Shown piece by piece: positions 28,462 to 39,726 of a stretch of DNA of 64,000 nt. The translations under genes and the position numbers were made by a program. Source of the stretch: a virus. The stretch's first letter is position 1. Each line of letters starts with the position of its first letter. Under the pieces are notes generated by a model, which worked only from the letters and a program-made list of their open reading frames with translations, was not told where the DNA came from and did not search any database. Location: the IMG/VR virus record IMGVR_UViG_3300014208_000003, positions 1 through 64,000 of that record; one strand, written 5' to 3'.

Positions 28462-30837
28462 ATGGCAAATTTTCTCGACTTTACAAAATTAAATTACACG
28501 GAGATAATGAAACAAGTATCCGCTAAAATGGCATTAGACTCTCGTTTCGGATCTTATCGTGAATCTTCTATAGCACAAACAATAATGGAAATCTTTGTTG
28601 CAACTACAGATTTTAACAATTACTATATCGAAAGACGTGCGGAAGAATCATTTTTAGAAACAGCCAAATTAAGAAGTTCTATTATACAGGGTGCAAAACA
28701 ATTAGGATACGTTGTTACAAGACCTATTCCAGCATCTACTACAATATCTATGACGTTAACTGGTGGTGGAAATTTAGCTACTTATTGTTCCGAAGCATTA
28801 TCCACATCACCTTCGGATCAACATTTTATACAACTTGGAATATTCACACCTTTTACATTTAACGGTAATAAATTTCTTTTAAAGAGGGCATACAAATATA
28901 ATTTCACAGTAGCGGATCTAACTAATTTTCAGAGTAAAGATTATACCAAAACTATTCAATACGCACTCCTGAACACAACTGAATTATACAACCTATACAA
29001 AGATGAAGATTTGGTTAATATTTCGGATACAGTTCAAATAGAGTTGTTCCAAGGCGATGTTATATATAAGGATATTTTAAATAATACTAATGATCAAATA
29101 AATAAAAAATTTCAGGTATATAAAATAGATGATGCCACGTTTTCTAATTGGTATGGTTCGGAAGATCAGGAAGTACCATTAACCAGAATATGTATAAATA
29201 ACGATACAGTCAATCCTTTCGAAAATAATACAGCAATAACTACCGAATATGAAATTGATAGACGCTCATTATTAAAACAAGGCGAGGCATTAACATCTTT
29301 CGGAACTGCTGATGATACTTGTTTGCTAAGAACTTCTTTGGATGATAAGGTTGAAATAGTTTTTGGTGATGGTAATTATGCTTCAATAGGTGCACAAACG
29401 GGATCTAAGAGTAATATCTTTATCCAATACCTATCTACAAAAGGAGCCTTAGCAAATCAGAACGGAACAGTAGGACAAAAGATAACTTGCTCTTCTTCTA
29501 TACTTTTTGATAATGTTGCTCTTCAGGACATTTCCGCTAATATTCAATTCAAGTTTACAGGAAATATTATTGGTGGTGCTGATATTGAAGATGTTGATTC
29601 TATAAAAATACTTGCTCCTAAAATATATGCTTCTTTGGATAGATGTGTTACAAAAGAAGATTACGAGGCATATTTAAAAACTTTGACTTCTCCTATCAAT
29701 GTAAAAAATTCAAGAGCATGGGGAGAACAAGAAGAAATACAGGCATCAACAAATATTGCATCTATTGAAAAATTATTTAATATAGCCTTGTTTACTTGTC
29801 TTGGCGAATTGTATAGATATGATTCTGTTAAAAAGGTTTGGGAAGTAAAGGTTAGTGATACTTCGGAATCTGGTGAACTTGGTAATGCCGTATTAGATGA
29901 TATTGATTTATATACGGAATATTCTGAAAACGGTTATTTTGATTTGTTGGTTAAAGAAGATTCTCCGGGCGTTTCAAGAGATTTACAGATAGCTCATATT
30001 GCGGATAGTTCAAGCAAGATCGGACAAGTGTATTCTAAGTTATCTACAAAATCACAAATGACAGTAAGAAACGTTTATGTATCACCCATTATTCACGATA
30101 TAGAAATAACCGGAACTGTATATGTAAATCGTTTATCAGATGCTTCTACAATAGGTAACAATATTAAGAACACATTATATCCTTATTTGAATACCAATGC
30201 TGATTTTGATTTACCTATTTATATGTCAAACATTATTCAAAATATAGAATCTGTTGATAATGTACTTTACTCTAATCTGGGAATTAACTGGGATACAAAT
30301 ACTAACACAATATTTGGCGCAGAAAGACCAGCATCAGGAGCAATAACACTAGGAGAATCAATTCAAACCGCAGCTATAAACGATCCAGATATTATCGCAT
30401 GGTGTTCCGTACCTTCTATCTCAGCAACATTATTAGATCAAGTTTCGGAATGTTTTGCTGATATTTATACGGAAACAATTTTTGGAACATCTATATCAAC
30501 AGCAAATTCTACAGGCAAATATTTTACGTATTATAAAACTAATGATAACCTAACAACAAAAACAAATATGACAGAATCTTGGTTTAATAAAGTTTTCTTA
30601 TCTGCTCTGTATAATGCAACAAAATCAAGACTAGCAAATTATATAGGTACAGACGGATTGCATTTCTTCGATTCGGAATATTTTAAGAATGTTATTGTAA
30701 AACTTCATAATACTTTCGCTTATATCATTAACTACAATCTATTAACAGGAGAAAATAAACAAGACATTATTGAATACACTCTCCGGAATGAAATAGCCAA
30801 AATCAAATTCAACGCAACAATCTTATATGCGAGTTAA
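28462..30837 (+). CDS. gp6: baseplate wedge gp6
   Basis: ESFLETAKLRSSI...LGY, FGDG, GGADIEDVDSIK and RCVTKEDY. Confidence 0.9.
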   Translation: MANFLDFTKLNYTEIMKQVSAKMALDSRFGSYRESSIAQTIMEIFVATTDFNNYYIERRAEESFLETAKLRSSIIQGAKQLGYVVTRPIPASTTISMTLTGGGNLATYCSEALSTSPSDQHFIQLGIFTPFTFNGNKFLLKRAYKYNFTVADLTNFQSKDYTKTIQYALLNTTELYNLYKDEDLVNISDTVQIELFQGDVIYKDILNNTNDQINKKFQVYKIDDATFSNWYGSEDQEVPLTRICINNDTVNPFENNTAITTEYEIDRRSLLKQGEALTSFGTADDTCLLRTSLDDKVEIVFGDGNYASIGAQTGSKSNIFIQYLSTKGALANQNGTVGQKITCSSSILFDNVALQDISANIQFKFTGNIIGGADIEDVDSIKILAPKIYASLDRCVTKEDYEAYLKTLTSPINVKNSRAWGEQEEIQASTNIASIEKLFNIALFTCLGELYRYDSVKKVWEVKVSDTSESGELGNAVLDDIDLYTEYSENGYFDLLVKEDSPGVSRDLQIAHIADSSSKIGQVYSKLSTKSQMTVRNVYVSPIIHDIEITGTVYVNRLSDASTIGNNIKNTLYPYLNTNADFDLPIYMSNIIQNIESVDNVLYSNLGINWDTNTNTIFGAERPASGAITLGESIQTAAINDPDIIAWCSVPSISATLLDQVSECFADIYTETIFGTSISTANSTGKYFTYYKTNDNLTTKTNMTESWFNKVFLSALYNATKSRLANYIGTDGLHFFDSEYFKNVIVKLHNTFAYIINYNLLTGENKQDIIEYTLRNEIAKIKFNATILYAS

Positions 30838-30840
30838 CCT

Positions 30841-32676
30841 ATGAGCGACATTTCAAAAGTAGTTCCTAATCAGAACAGAACAGATGAATTAAAGTACATA
30901 AATTTAATTGATTATCTACCAAATCATTTAAAGGATACAGAATCAGAAATATTCCTATCCTTCTTTCAAGACTATCTTAATGAAATGTACGAAGGAACTT
31001 ATCGATATGTAGCTCCCGAAACATTATCTGAAATAGTTTATGAATATCCTCTTGTCTGGTTGAATGGTGGACAGAGAGTAACATCACCAAATGGAAAATT
31101 ATCTCAATATTTTGTTGCTGGTGATTATATAAAAAGAAGCAATGATACAAAATACTACAAAATAAAGAATGTAATAGATGATACGACCTTAGACATTACC
31201 GAAGCATATAGTAACGGTGGTGTTGTAACTTATCCAAAATATTACTACGATAATTTTTCAACAGGAGAATTTTCTGATTTTTGGAAGGCAGGAACAATAG
31301 CATCTTCTCTGGGTTGTGATGGTCTAGTTCCGATCTGTTACCAAGTAGATGTTAATAATGATCGTATGACATGTGTTTCCGGAGATGCTTTAGAAACTGT
31401 TATTAGTAATGCTGTTTATGGTAATTTCGAATTATCTTTTGGATTTCATTTAAACGAATTCTCTTCCCGAAAAAATAAAGAATATGGTTTTATATTAGAT
31501 TCTGGTGCAACAAAATATTCAGTAATTTATGCGAATGGGTCTTTAACACTATACTCAGGAACTACAAATATCGCAAGCATTGTTTTAGATAGTTCTGTGT
31601 ATGATTTCTCTGTTACTGTTATGAGAGATACTAATGAACATATTTGGGATTTTACTATAGAAGGTATCAAATCAGATTCTTCAACATGGTCAGACAGTAT
31701 ATCCGGAATACCTGTTATCGGATATCATAGCAAGTGGAATAAACGAATAAATGGTACAGATACTTCCGAAACATTTTCTTTAAAAATTAAAAACGGGCTA
31801 GGACAATCTTTTAATTATGTAGAATTTCGTGCAGATCAAGGTTTTGTTTCAGAAATAGATCCTTCTGAAGAATATGGTTTTTCCGACGAAGATAAAGTAA
31901 GACACGGATTTTACGGAAGAAATTATTTTGTAACTCCGGAAGGAACATTTGTAGCTTATATCGATCCTGAAACAAATACATTAAAAGTAAAGAATGTTTC
32001 TCTTTTCGAAAGTGTGAGCGATAGAGATGCAAGAAAAGGTTATACTCATATTTCTATTCTGGAAAAAATAAAACGATTAGGAGATTTACACGATCCAGAT
32101 TTAATAGATGCAGAATATATAAATTATTTCGCTTCTTACTTGGGATTCTCTTTAGATTTTACCAGCGATACTTTAGTAGGTATTTTGAATGCCGATCCTA
32201 ATTATGCATCACTAACAGAAGAAGGTAAAGAATCAGCAAGACAAGATTATCTGAGATTCATACTTAATAATATTCCGGCATGGTATCGAATAAAATCTAC
32301 AGACAATGCTTTGAATATTTTAATGTACTCTTTCGGAATAGCTGCACAAGTAAAACAATATTACACAAGCAATTACAAGGATTTTACAGATTTTAGATAC
32401 CAATCAACGGGTGTAGTTGTTCCTAGCAATTATTACGAAACACCTCATTTTACAGTATTAACAAATTTAGACGAGAACACAGAAAACATTACAGTTGATA
32501 TTACGAAATTGGATGCTATAGTAAATGCTGTTAATTCAATGAAACCTATTAACACTGTATTTGATGGAATAACTGGCTTTGTAACTAGAATATGTCAACC
32601 GTATTATATTAGTATGAAATCCACTATGACCGCACATTATCTGATTTCTGGAATGTTAAAAGCTGATGTCCTGTAA
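30841..32676 (+). CDS. baseplate wedge gp7-like protein with inserted beta-rich domain
   Basis: LIDYLPNHL...FLSFFQDYL N-terminus, and DPDLIDAEYINYFASYLG/WYRIKST C-terminus. Confidence 0.6.
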   Translation: MSDISKVVPNQNRTDELKYINLIDYLPNHLKDTESEIFLSFFQDYLNEMYEGTYRYVAPETLSEIVYEYPLVWLNGGQRVTSPNGKLSQYFVAGDYIKRSNDTKYYKIKNVIDDTTLDITEAYSNGGVVTYPKYYYDNFSTGEFSDFWKAGTIASSLGCDGLVPICYQVDVNNDRMTCVSGDALETVISNAVYGNFELSFGFHLNEFSSRKNKEYGFILDSGATKYSVIYANGSLTLYSGTTNIASIVLDSSVYDFSVTVMRDTNEHIWDFTIEGIKSDSSTWSDSISGIPVIGYHSKWNKRINGTDTSETFSLKIKNGLGQSFNYVEFRADQGFVSEIDPSEEYGFSDEDKVRHGFYGRNYFVTPEGTFVAYIDPETNTLKVKNVSLFESVSDRDARKGYTHISILEKIKRLGDLHDPDLIDAEYINYFASYLGFSLDFTSDTLVGILNADPNYASLTEEGKESARQDYLRFILNNIPAWYRIKSTDNALNILMYSFGIAAQVKQYYTSNYKDFTDFRYQSTGVVVPSNYYETPHFTVLTNLDENTENITVDITKLDAIVNAVNSMKPINTVFDGITGFVTRICQPYYISMKSTMTAHYLISGMLKADVL

Positions 32677-32710
32677 AATCTAAATACTAATGAACTAAAC
32701 TGGAGAAAAT

Positions 32711-35047
32711 ATGACAAACGTAGTGATAGTTAGTGCAGGAACAAACGAAATTATATCAGGCGCACCACATCTAAACGGGCCTTACTTTCCTGTTAAATAT
32801 TTTCTTCTAGCATATGATCCATCTTTCGATAATACTATACATTCAAACGCTAATTTAACAACAGATTCACTACCATTTTCAGCAACATCTTTAACTGGTG
32901 ATACTAACGGTGTTCAACATTCCGGACATCTTATTTTTAATATTCCGGGAGCATACACAATCTCTTCGGAACAGTTTCTATTATCCGGTGGTGGAATAGG
33001 TGTTGGACAGGGTTATAATGGTACAGATACAATTTCGGGTAATGCTTATACTTCTTTAACAGATATAAATTTACTATTCGGAAATTCTCTTGTTAATTGT
33101 TTTAGTGCCGATGCTTTACCCGTAGCTACCGGAACTGTTGGGGAATGGTTTTTGGAAGATGCTAGTACATTCGCTGTTACCGAAAATATATCAGGTTCAA
33201 AAACTTCTCCGTTCCTTGCCACAAAATCAAATTATTTTCAAATTTCTAGTTACAGTCCTATTGGTGTTGCTGGAACGGATCAATTAAGAGGTCTATTTAA
33301 ATGCCGTGTTGATAATAGTATTGGTAATTTTAAATTCAATAAGGTAGCACTATATACAACAACTTATGATGAATCGGGTGTTGAAACTACTAATCCTCCT
33401 ATACTGGTTGCTATGGCTGCATTAAACGAACCAGTAAGAAAAACAACAGGAAGCGGAAATATAGCAAACGTAGAAATAGATGTAGAGTGTGAATTTAATA
33501 TAGCAAACACCACAAATACAATTTCATATCTATCACAGGATTATTGGATAAGAGCTAATAATGCTACTTATGCTGGTGGTACTGATACTGTTGGACTTTA
33601 TTATAATGGTGATGTTGTTGTAGGTACTTCTGGAGATTCTGACTGGCTACCTTCTGCAAAATTTAATGTAACAGATGGTCTTAAACAACAGATGAGATTG
33701 AATAATATTTTTGGTCATCAGTATGTAGATTTCAATGTTCAAAACGATGCTTCAATGAAAATATCTACAAGTGGTTCTGATGAAATGCTTTTGACATTAT
33801 TCAAAAAGTCCGGAACATCTGTATTTGGAAATGATATACAAATATTAGATTATGAAAATGGTGATTTGTATAATGAAGGAAAAACATCATTAATAGGTCA
33901 ACAAATAATAATAAGCGGAGGATTTTACACCGATGCCTCTGAAGCACCTACATCATCTAAAAATCAATATATTAAATTATTCGATAAAGTAAATGGTGAT
34001 TCTATAGGTCAAGAAATTTTCGGAATGAGAACTTCTAATTTTGGTGATGTGTATGGTTGTAAGATTTCTATTTCAGCCGATACAACAATAAATAATACTA
34101 CAAAAAATACTTATGGTTTATATGTTTCGTTAGCATCCGGATTAACAACAACTACAGCGGGATATAACGAAAAATTATTTGCGGCATATTTCGGAACAGG
34201 AGCAGTACAGTTTAACGATACAGTATACTTAAAAGGAACCACAACAGTTTCTGGCCCTACTGTGTTTGAAACGGGTGGATATATATTGTTTAACACGGGT
34301 TCTTTTGTCGATACGGTATTGCCGATAATAGGAACAGATGGTGCTAGTCCCGAAATTAGATTTAATGATTCAAATTGTTATATAAAAAGAGATAGTAATA
34401 ATATAATTATTAAAAACGGTATCAGTAATATATATTTAAATTCTAATAATGTTCGTTTTCAATCAGGAACGATTATATCTGCGGGTTGTTATTTAGATAC
34501 AGATAATTTAAGCGGTGCGGATAATGAAGTTGATGTTTATAGTTTGATTAATGAGCCATCGATAATATTTCAAAAATCACAATATTTAACAACAGGCACG
34601 TATATATATTTATCCACAACATATACAGCGTTAGAATCTATAATGTTTAACATTTCCGGTTCCCCATTATATTCGGATGATATTGTATGTCAGTATGATC
34701 AAGAATTACCTTTTTCACCCAAAGTCTTTAAAACGGGTTATTACGAAATTGAATTGTCTTTACAAAATTTTGATGTTGGTTTTAGTGAAGTTGCAGTAGA
34801 TGTTTCTGGCACAGCGGAAAATTTTTCTGATAGTTCGGAAATATCGAATATGGTTGGATTTGTTAATTTCAATCAAGAAAAGGATATGAATTTTAAATTT
34901 ATAATTAAAATTGTTACATTGGGTTTGGTTAGTGATGGGAGAAACTGTACTTATATTCAAACAAAGTTGAAAATTGGTAGTGATATTGATAACGAAAAAA
35001 TAGATGGTTTTTATATGAAATGTAAATATTTAGGAACTTTACGATGA
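32711..35047 (+). CDS. baseplate wedge/tail fibre-like protein
   Basis: Follows gp7-like gene. GNFKFNKVALY motif, S/G/T-rich. Confidence 0.55.
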   Translation: MTNVVIVSAGTNEIISGAPHLNGPYFPVKYFLLAYDPSFDNTIHSNANLTTDSLPFSATSLTGDTNGVQHSGHLIFNIPGAYTISSEQFLLSGGGIGVGQGYNGTDTISGNAYTSLTDINLLFGNSLVNCFSADALPVATGTVGEWFLEDASTFAVTENISGSKTSPFLATKSNYFQISSYSPIGVAGTDQLRGLFKCRVDNSIGNFKFNKVALYTTTYDESGVETTNPPILVAMAALNEPVRKTTGSGNIANVEIDVECEFNIANTTNTISYLSQDYWIRANNATYAGGTDTVGLYYNGDVVVGTSGDSDWLPSAKFNVTDGLKQQMRLNNIFGHQYVDFNVQNDASMKISTSGSDEMLLTLFKKSGTSVFGNDIQILDYENGDLYNEGKTSLIGQQIIISGGFYTDASEAPTSSKNQYIKLFDKVNGDSIGQEIFGMRTSNFGDVYGCKISISADTTINNTTKNTYGLYVSLASGLTTTTAGYNEKLFAAYFGTGAVQFNDTVYLKGTTTVSGPTVFETGGYILFNTGSFVDTVLPIIGTDGASPEIRFNDSNCYIKRDSNNIIIKNGISNIYLNSNNVRFQSGTIISAGCYLDTDNLSGADNEVDVYSLINEPSIIFQKSQYLTTGTYIYLSTTYTALESIMFNISGSPLYSDDIVCQYDQELPFSPKVFKTGYYEIELSLQNFDVGFSEVAVDVSGTAENFSDSSEISNMVGFVNFNQEKDMNFKFIIKIVTLGLVSDGRNCTYIQTKLKIGSDIDNEKIDGFYMKCKYLGTLR

Positions 35048-35415
35048 TTAAAATAAAATTATTAACAGATAAAAAGATAGTTATTGAGTCATTGAAGCGT
35101 ATGGGTATTGCTAATGTGTCTTGTAAAATGTTGTATCCTTCTTGTTACTTATACGAAAAAGATAATGAGTTTTACGTAGTTCATTTCAAAGAAGCATTCA
35201 AATTATTTTCCGAAGATGCTTTTGATGATATGACGGATATTGATTTCGAAAGAAGGAATGCTATTATATTCTTATTGAAAAAATGGGGTATGGTAGATGT
35301 TCCGGAAGCTGATTTGGAACCTCATAAGATATCGGTTTTTGTATTACCTCATAGTCAAAAACAAGGTTGGTATATTAAACATAAAATAAATTATAACTCA
35401 CTATGTCCCAGATAA
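35044..35415 (+). CDS. regA: translational repressor RegA
   Basis: ESLKRMGIAN...LYPSCYL...YVVHFKE...RRNAIIFLLKKWG matches the T4 RegA pattern. Confidence 0.9.
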   Translation: MIKIKLLTDKKIVIESLKRMGIANVSCKMLYPSCYLYEKDNEFYVVHFKEAFKLFSEDAFDDMTDIDFERRNAIIFLLKKWGMVDVPEADLEPHKISVFVLPHSQKQGWYIKHKINYNSLCPR

Positions 35416-36062
35416 ACTTTTTAGAATTTTATAATGTTCATAAGTTATTAGAAGGTGGTCTTTTAACAGAAGATAACCGTAAAGAATTATTGTCAAAAGT
35501 GGATCCGAACTTTATTCACCATGCAGAAAATACAAAGAAACTTCCTGAATTAAGTCCAACGGGTGCAGTATATAAAAGGTTAAATCTATTCAAAGACAAA
35601 GGGAAAGATGAGTTAGAGATATGGTTTGAGACTAGAGGTGCAACAACCGATAATCATCCTTGGTGGTTACAGAGAATTATTGTTAAAAACCTTCTTGAAC
35701 AATTAAAGACAGCAGAAAATTTAGATAGAACAATAAGAGATGCCTTGGAAAGAAACGATTTACTTTTAGGTTGTACTTGTGGATCGGCGCAATTTTATTA
35801 CAACTATACAATGACTAAGAAAAATGTTATTCATCCAAGATTCCGAGAAACAAGATCCGCTCCTGTTAATAATCCAAATAATAAAGGAATTTGCTGTAAA
35901 CACCTCGCACTTGTCCTTTCCGTCATTTCTGCGAATACATACAAGATGGTTTCAGATGCCAAGAAAATTATTCCGGAATTATCTCGACCAAAAACACAAC
36001 CAATTCAGAAACCATTCGAGAAGAAGATTCAGAATGTTGATGTTAAAGATAAAAAAATCTAA
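35403..36062 (+). CDS. SWIM-type zinc finger protein
   Basis: GCTCGS ... GICCKHL motif. Confidence 0.7.
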   Translation: MSQINFLEFYNVHKLLEGGLLTEDNRKELLSKVDPNFIHHAENTKKLPELSPTGAVYKRLNLFKDKGKDELEIWFETRGATTDNHPWWLQRIIVKNLLEQLKTAENLDRTIRDALERNDLLLGCTCGSAQFYYNYTMTKKNVIHPRFRETRSAPVNNPNNKGICCKHLALVLSVISANTYKMVSDAKKIIPELSRPKTQPIQKPFEKKIQNVDVKDKKI

Positions 36063-36093
36063 ATACTATTGAACTATACCACAAGGAAATAAA

Positions 36094-37164
36094 ATGAATC
36101 CAATCGCCCAAAAATTACAGTCCAGATTAAACGAAGTCAAGGATCTAAATAAAAGTCCACTCAAGGACGGTTTTTTAGAGATTGGTCCTTCAAAGCAATT
36201 CACGTCAGTTACTTTGGATAATTTTAAGAAAGAGGGTTTGGTTCCTAGATATTTCAAAAAGCTAGAACAGAATCGTTTCGTAATCCTTTTTGACGATAGC
36301 TTCATAACATTAGAAGGTCGTACAAAGAAAATAGTAGATACATTACAGAAAGTTAATCGTGGTGTTGAATCTGCAAAAATAGCACAATATGACGAATCAC
36401 CTTTTCTGGAAATTGTTTTTAATAGACCAGCAACAACAGTAAAAGAAGATTCTGATATTAATACTGTTGCCGATATTCCGGATAATTGGGCGTTCGTTTC
36501 TGATAGTGCTGAAGTAGATGATGTTAAAGAAAAATATTCAAATGTTAAAAAGACTATTGAATGCGATTCCTTTTTTGTTGAAACTGGCAAAGGAGAATAT
36601 CTAAACATTTATGGTATGATTGGTGTTGTACCTGACTTGAATAAACTTGTCTATCCTATTGTAATAAATGGCGTGGAATATATGAGCGAAGCAGTAGTTA
36701 AAAAATCATTTCAAGAATCCTATATGGTAGAAGATTCTGATTTTGTAAAAGAATTAAATGAAGAGTCTGAAGAAATTGTAGAAGAAAAACCAGAAGAAAA
36801 TATTGAAGAAGCTAAAACAGAATGGGATTCCGATTATTGGATGAAAGTTCTTATTGATGAAGTTGGTAAAGAAAAAGCTATCGAAGCAATTAATAAAAGA
36901 AATGCCTCCGATGAAGTTAAACAAAAACAATTAGAAAAGATTAAAAAACTTACCGAAGAAGTGGTTTCGGAAGCAGTTCTTGAAAAATCTAAGTACGATG
37001 CCTTAGTAGGAATAATCAAATCACTATCCAAAGATGAAGTTGAATCTGCTATGGATATTATCGGAAAACATTTAGCAACCGTTACTGGTGTAGATGGTTT
37101 GAAAGCTTCCGGAGCATTTGAGAAATCCTTTAATGATATACGAAATGCTTTGAATAATCGATAA
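36094..37164 (+). CDS. acidic late protein, possible internal head protein
   Basis: CTAAATA at 36059. Many L/I-x-E sites. Confidence 0.5.
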   Translation: MNPIAQKLQSRLNEVKDLNKSPLKDGFLEIGPSKQFTSVTLDNFKKEGLVPRYFKKLEQNRFVILFDDSFITLEGRTKKIVDTLQKVNRGVESAKIAQYDESPFLEIVFNRPATTVKEDSDINTVADIPDNWAFVSDSAEVDDVKEKYSNVKKTIECDSFFVETGKGEYLNIYGMIGVVPDLNKLVYPIVINGVEYMSEAVVKKSFQESYMVEDSDFVKELNEESEEIVEEKPEENIEEAKTEWDSDYWMKVLIDEVGKEKAIEAINKRNASDEVKQKQLEKIKKLTEEVVSEAVLEKSKYDALVGIIKSLSKDEVESAMDIIGKHLATVTGVDGLKASGAFEKSFNDIRNALNNR

Positions 37165-37189
37165 AATAGCTTCTGTGATCTAAATAGTC

Positions 37190-37217
37190 TTGACACCACA
37201 TTCAAAGTGGCTATATT
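37190..37217 (+). promoter_or_regulatory. sigma70-type promoter for tRNA-Asn/glycan island
   Basis: TTGACA-N16-TATATT, with CTAAATA at 37180 just upstream. Confidence 0.6.
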
Positions 37218-37228
37218 AAATATATCAA

Positions 37229-37301
37229 TGCCAAGTAGTTCAGGGGTATGAATAATTGCCTGTTAAGCATTTGGTCGGTGGTTCGAATCCATCCTTGGCA
37301 G
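37229..37301 (+). tRNA. tRNA-Asn (GTT)
   Basis: Acceptor TGCCAAG/CTTGGCA, G73, anticodon loop CTGTTAA, T-arm GGTGG-TTCGAAT-CCATC. Confidence 0.88.
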
Positions 37302-37324
37302 TTTTTTAAGTTTATAGGAGGTTT

Positions 37325-38899
37325 TTGATGATAGGTATTGTTGTAATTTCGCATAATCGTGAATCTCAAATTAAAGAAGTATTAGAATCGTTGAAAGATA
37401 GTGCGGATGTTCTGGCAGTTGTAAATGATGGCACTCCCTATTCACCAGAAGTCTATCCCGAATATTTTCATTTAATACAACACGAAAAACCTCTCTCTGT
37501 AGGTATTGCAAAAAATTCCGGAATGAAATATTTAATGGAAAAAGGTTGTGAGCATATTTTTACTTGGGAAGACGACCATATACTAACCGATAAATCCCTC
37601 ATACAAAAATACATTGATTTATCAAAAGTTTCAGGAATAAGATTTTTTAATTATGGTTTTCATGGTGGTGCAAATCTTCTTAATAATAAACCGAATTCAA
37701 AATTAGTAGTAGAATATGATAACGATTTGAGATTAGCAATTTGCGAACACTGCGTGGGAGCCATAACATATTATCATAAATCCGTTATAGATAAATGTGG
37801 CTATCACGACGAACGTTTAAATCATAATTGCTGGGAACATGTTCTATATGCGTACAATGTTATCAAGCAAGGATTTCATCCACCTTTTTGGAACTTTGTA
37901 GATCTAGCAGATTCTTGGAAACATGTCAAAGAAATAGGTACGGTCGATACTACTTCGGTTATTAGAAAATCGCAAGAGTGGACAGATAATATGAAAAGAG
38001 ATAGAGAATACATCATTTCTAAAATAGGGATGGATATATTACAGGTTCCGAAAGTTTCCAATCAATTCGTATATAAGTGGCTTGAAAATAAACAAAAAGA
38101 AGTTAATGGTTCTAAGTGTGAAAATGTACTATATCTCAAAACAAAAGAAAAGCTAGACGATGTAACAATAATGATTCCTTACAACATCGATACCAAAGAT
38201 AGAACAACTAATTTAAAACTGTTATTGGAATACTTAAATAAAAATTACGAAACAAACATATTAGTAGCGGAACAAAATACAGAATGTGAGATGTTAAAAA
38301 CCTTTGTTGAAAATGGGTTTTGTAAAAGGTTATCGGTTAATACTGGTGATGAAAAATTAAACTATAAAACTAAGTTAATGAATGAATTGGTTAAGGCTTC
38401 CGGAACATCAATAGTAATACAGTGGGATGTTGATTGTTATATATCTCCAGAGAAGGTTTTAAAGGGTGTAGAATTGATTAGAAAAAATAAGGAACAGTTC
38501 ATCCTTCCTTTTGATGGTAAGTGCTATAACGTGCGTAAAAACAACTTCGAAGCATTCTTTAATAGTGAATTAGATCATAACAAGATGGATTTATATTCTA
38601 CTACTTCTTGTGGAGGTGTTTTCATATTCAATAAGAAATCCTTAATTGAAATAGGTATGTATAATGAAAAACTTAAAGGTTGGAGTTATGATGACGATTT
38701 TTTACGGATTTTAATATTGAAATTGGGTTATAAAATTGAAAGGCTAACAGGAAGCATCTATCACCTCGAACATGACAGAAACGAAAATAGTAGTTCCAGA
38801 AATCCTTACTATAATGTTAATCAAGAACTTGTCGTAAAACTTTCTAAACAGACTAAAGAAGAACTACTATCCGAAATCAAAACTTGGGATTGGTTATGA
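37325..38899 (+). CDS. two-domain GT-A glycosyltransferase (GT2 plus GT2/GT7-like)
   Basis: VVNDG, WEDD, QWDVD, GWSYDDD and YHLEH motifs. Confidence 0.85.
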   Translation: MMIGIVVISHNRESQIKEVLESLKDSADVLAVVNDGTPYSPEVYPEYFHLIQHEKPLSVGIAKNSGMKYLMEKGCEHIFTWEDDHILTDKSLIQKYIDLSKVSGIRFFNYGFHGGANLLNNKPNSKLVVEYDNDLRLAICEHCVGAITYYHKSVIDKCGYHDERLNHNCWEHVLYAYNVIKQGFHPPFWNFVDLADSWKHVKEIGTVDTTSVIRKSQEWTDNMKRDREYIISKIGMDILQVPKVSNQFVYKWLENKQKEVNGSKCENVLYLKTKEKLDDVTIMIPYNIDTKDRTTNLKLLLEYLNKNYETNILVAEQNTECEMLKTFVENGFCKRLSVNTGDEKLNYKTKLMNELVKASGTSIVIQWDVDCYISPEKVLKGVELIRKNKEQFILPFDGKCYNVRKNNFEAFFNSELDHNKMDLYSTTSCGGVFIFNKKSLIEIGMYNEKLKGWSYDDDFLRILILKLGYKIERLTGSIYHLEHDRNENSSSRNPYYNVNQELVVKLSKQTKEELLSEIKTWDWL

Positions 38900-39726
38900 G
38901 GGTTCGTTTAGTAGATAATCAGTTTCAGCCTAATAATCGTGCAGGAAATGGTTTGATAGAAGGCATTCAGACAAAAATAGAATGGACAAGAGATTTAAGC
39001 CAACCAACAGATATAATATTTTTCACCGATACTTCTTTTAATAGGGTTACGGAATTTAATGCAAAGTATAAGATAGCATGGGTTTTAGAATCACCAGACA
39101 TAACGCCATATCAAAGAAATTGGTTAAGACAGAATATTGATTTGTATGATAGAGTAATAACGTTTGATGAGGCACTATTAAGAGAATTCCCGAAGAAGTG
39201 TTTGTTCTATTTATTAGGAGGCACTTGGATAAAAAAAGAAGATCAGAAAATATGGGATAAAACAAAAAACACTTCTATAATTGCTTCTGTGAAAAATTGG
39301 ACTTCCGGACATAAATTCCGTCATGAGATTGTAAATAAGTTCCGGAATAATATTGATATGGTTTGTGGGAATGGTTATCAAAAAATGGATTATAAGTTAG
39401 ATGGTTTAAAAGATTTCCGATATTCCTTTATTATAGAAAACACAAATAAACCATTCTATTTTTCGGAAAAGCTTATTGATTCTTTTTTAACAGGAACTAT
39501 ACCAATATTTTTCGGAACAAGTGGTATTGAACAGTTCTTTGATGTGAGAGGAATTGAAGTTATAAATACTATTGCCGATATAGATTTTTCAAAGTATACA
39601 GAAAAGAACTATATATCAAAAATGGAATATGTTAAAACTAATTTTGAACTTGCTAAAAAATATGCTATTACCGAAGACTATATTTATGATAATGTGATTG
39701 TTAAACATTTTTGGGATTGTCTATGA
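38896..39726 (+). CDS. GT10 (fucosyltransferase)-like glycosyltransferase
   Basis: FRYSFIIEN...YFSEKLIDSFLTGTIPIFFG. Confidence 0.8.
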   Translation: MRVRLVDNQFQPNNRAGNGLIEGIQTKIEWTRDLSQPTDIIFFTDTSFNRVTEFNAKYKIAWVLESPDITPYQRNWLRQNIDLYDRVITFDEALLREFPKKCLFYLLGGTWIKKEDQKIWDKTKNTSIIASVKNWTSGHKFRHEIVNKFRNNIDMVCGNGYQKMDYKLDGLKDFRYSFIIENTNKPFYFSEKLIDSFLTGTIPIFFGTSGIEQFFDVRGIEVINTIADIDFSKYTEKNYISKMEYVKTNFELAKKYAITEDYIYDNVIVKHFWDCL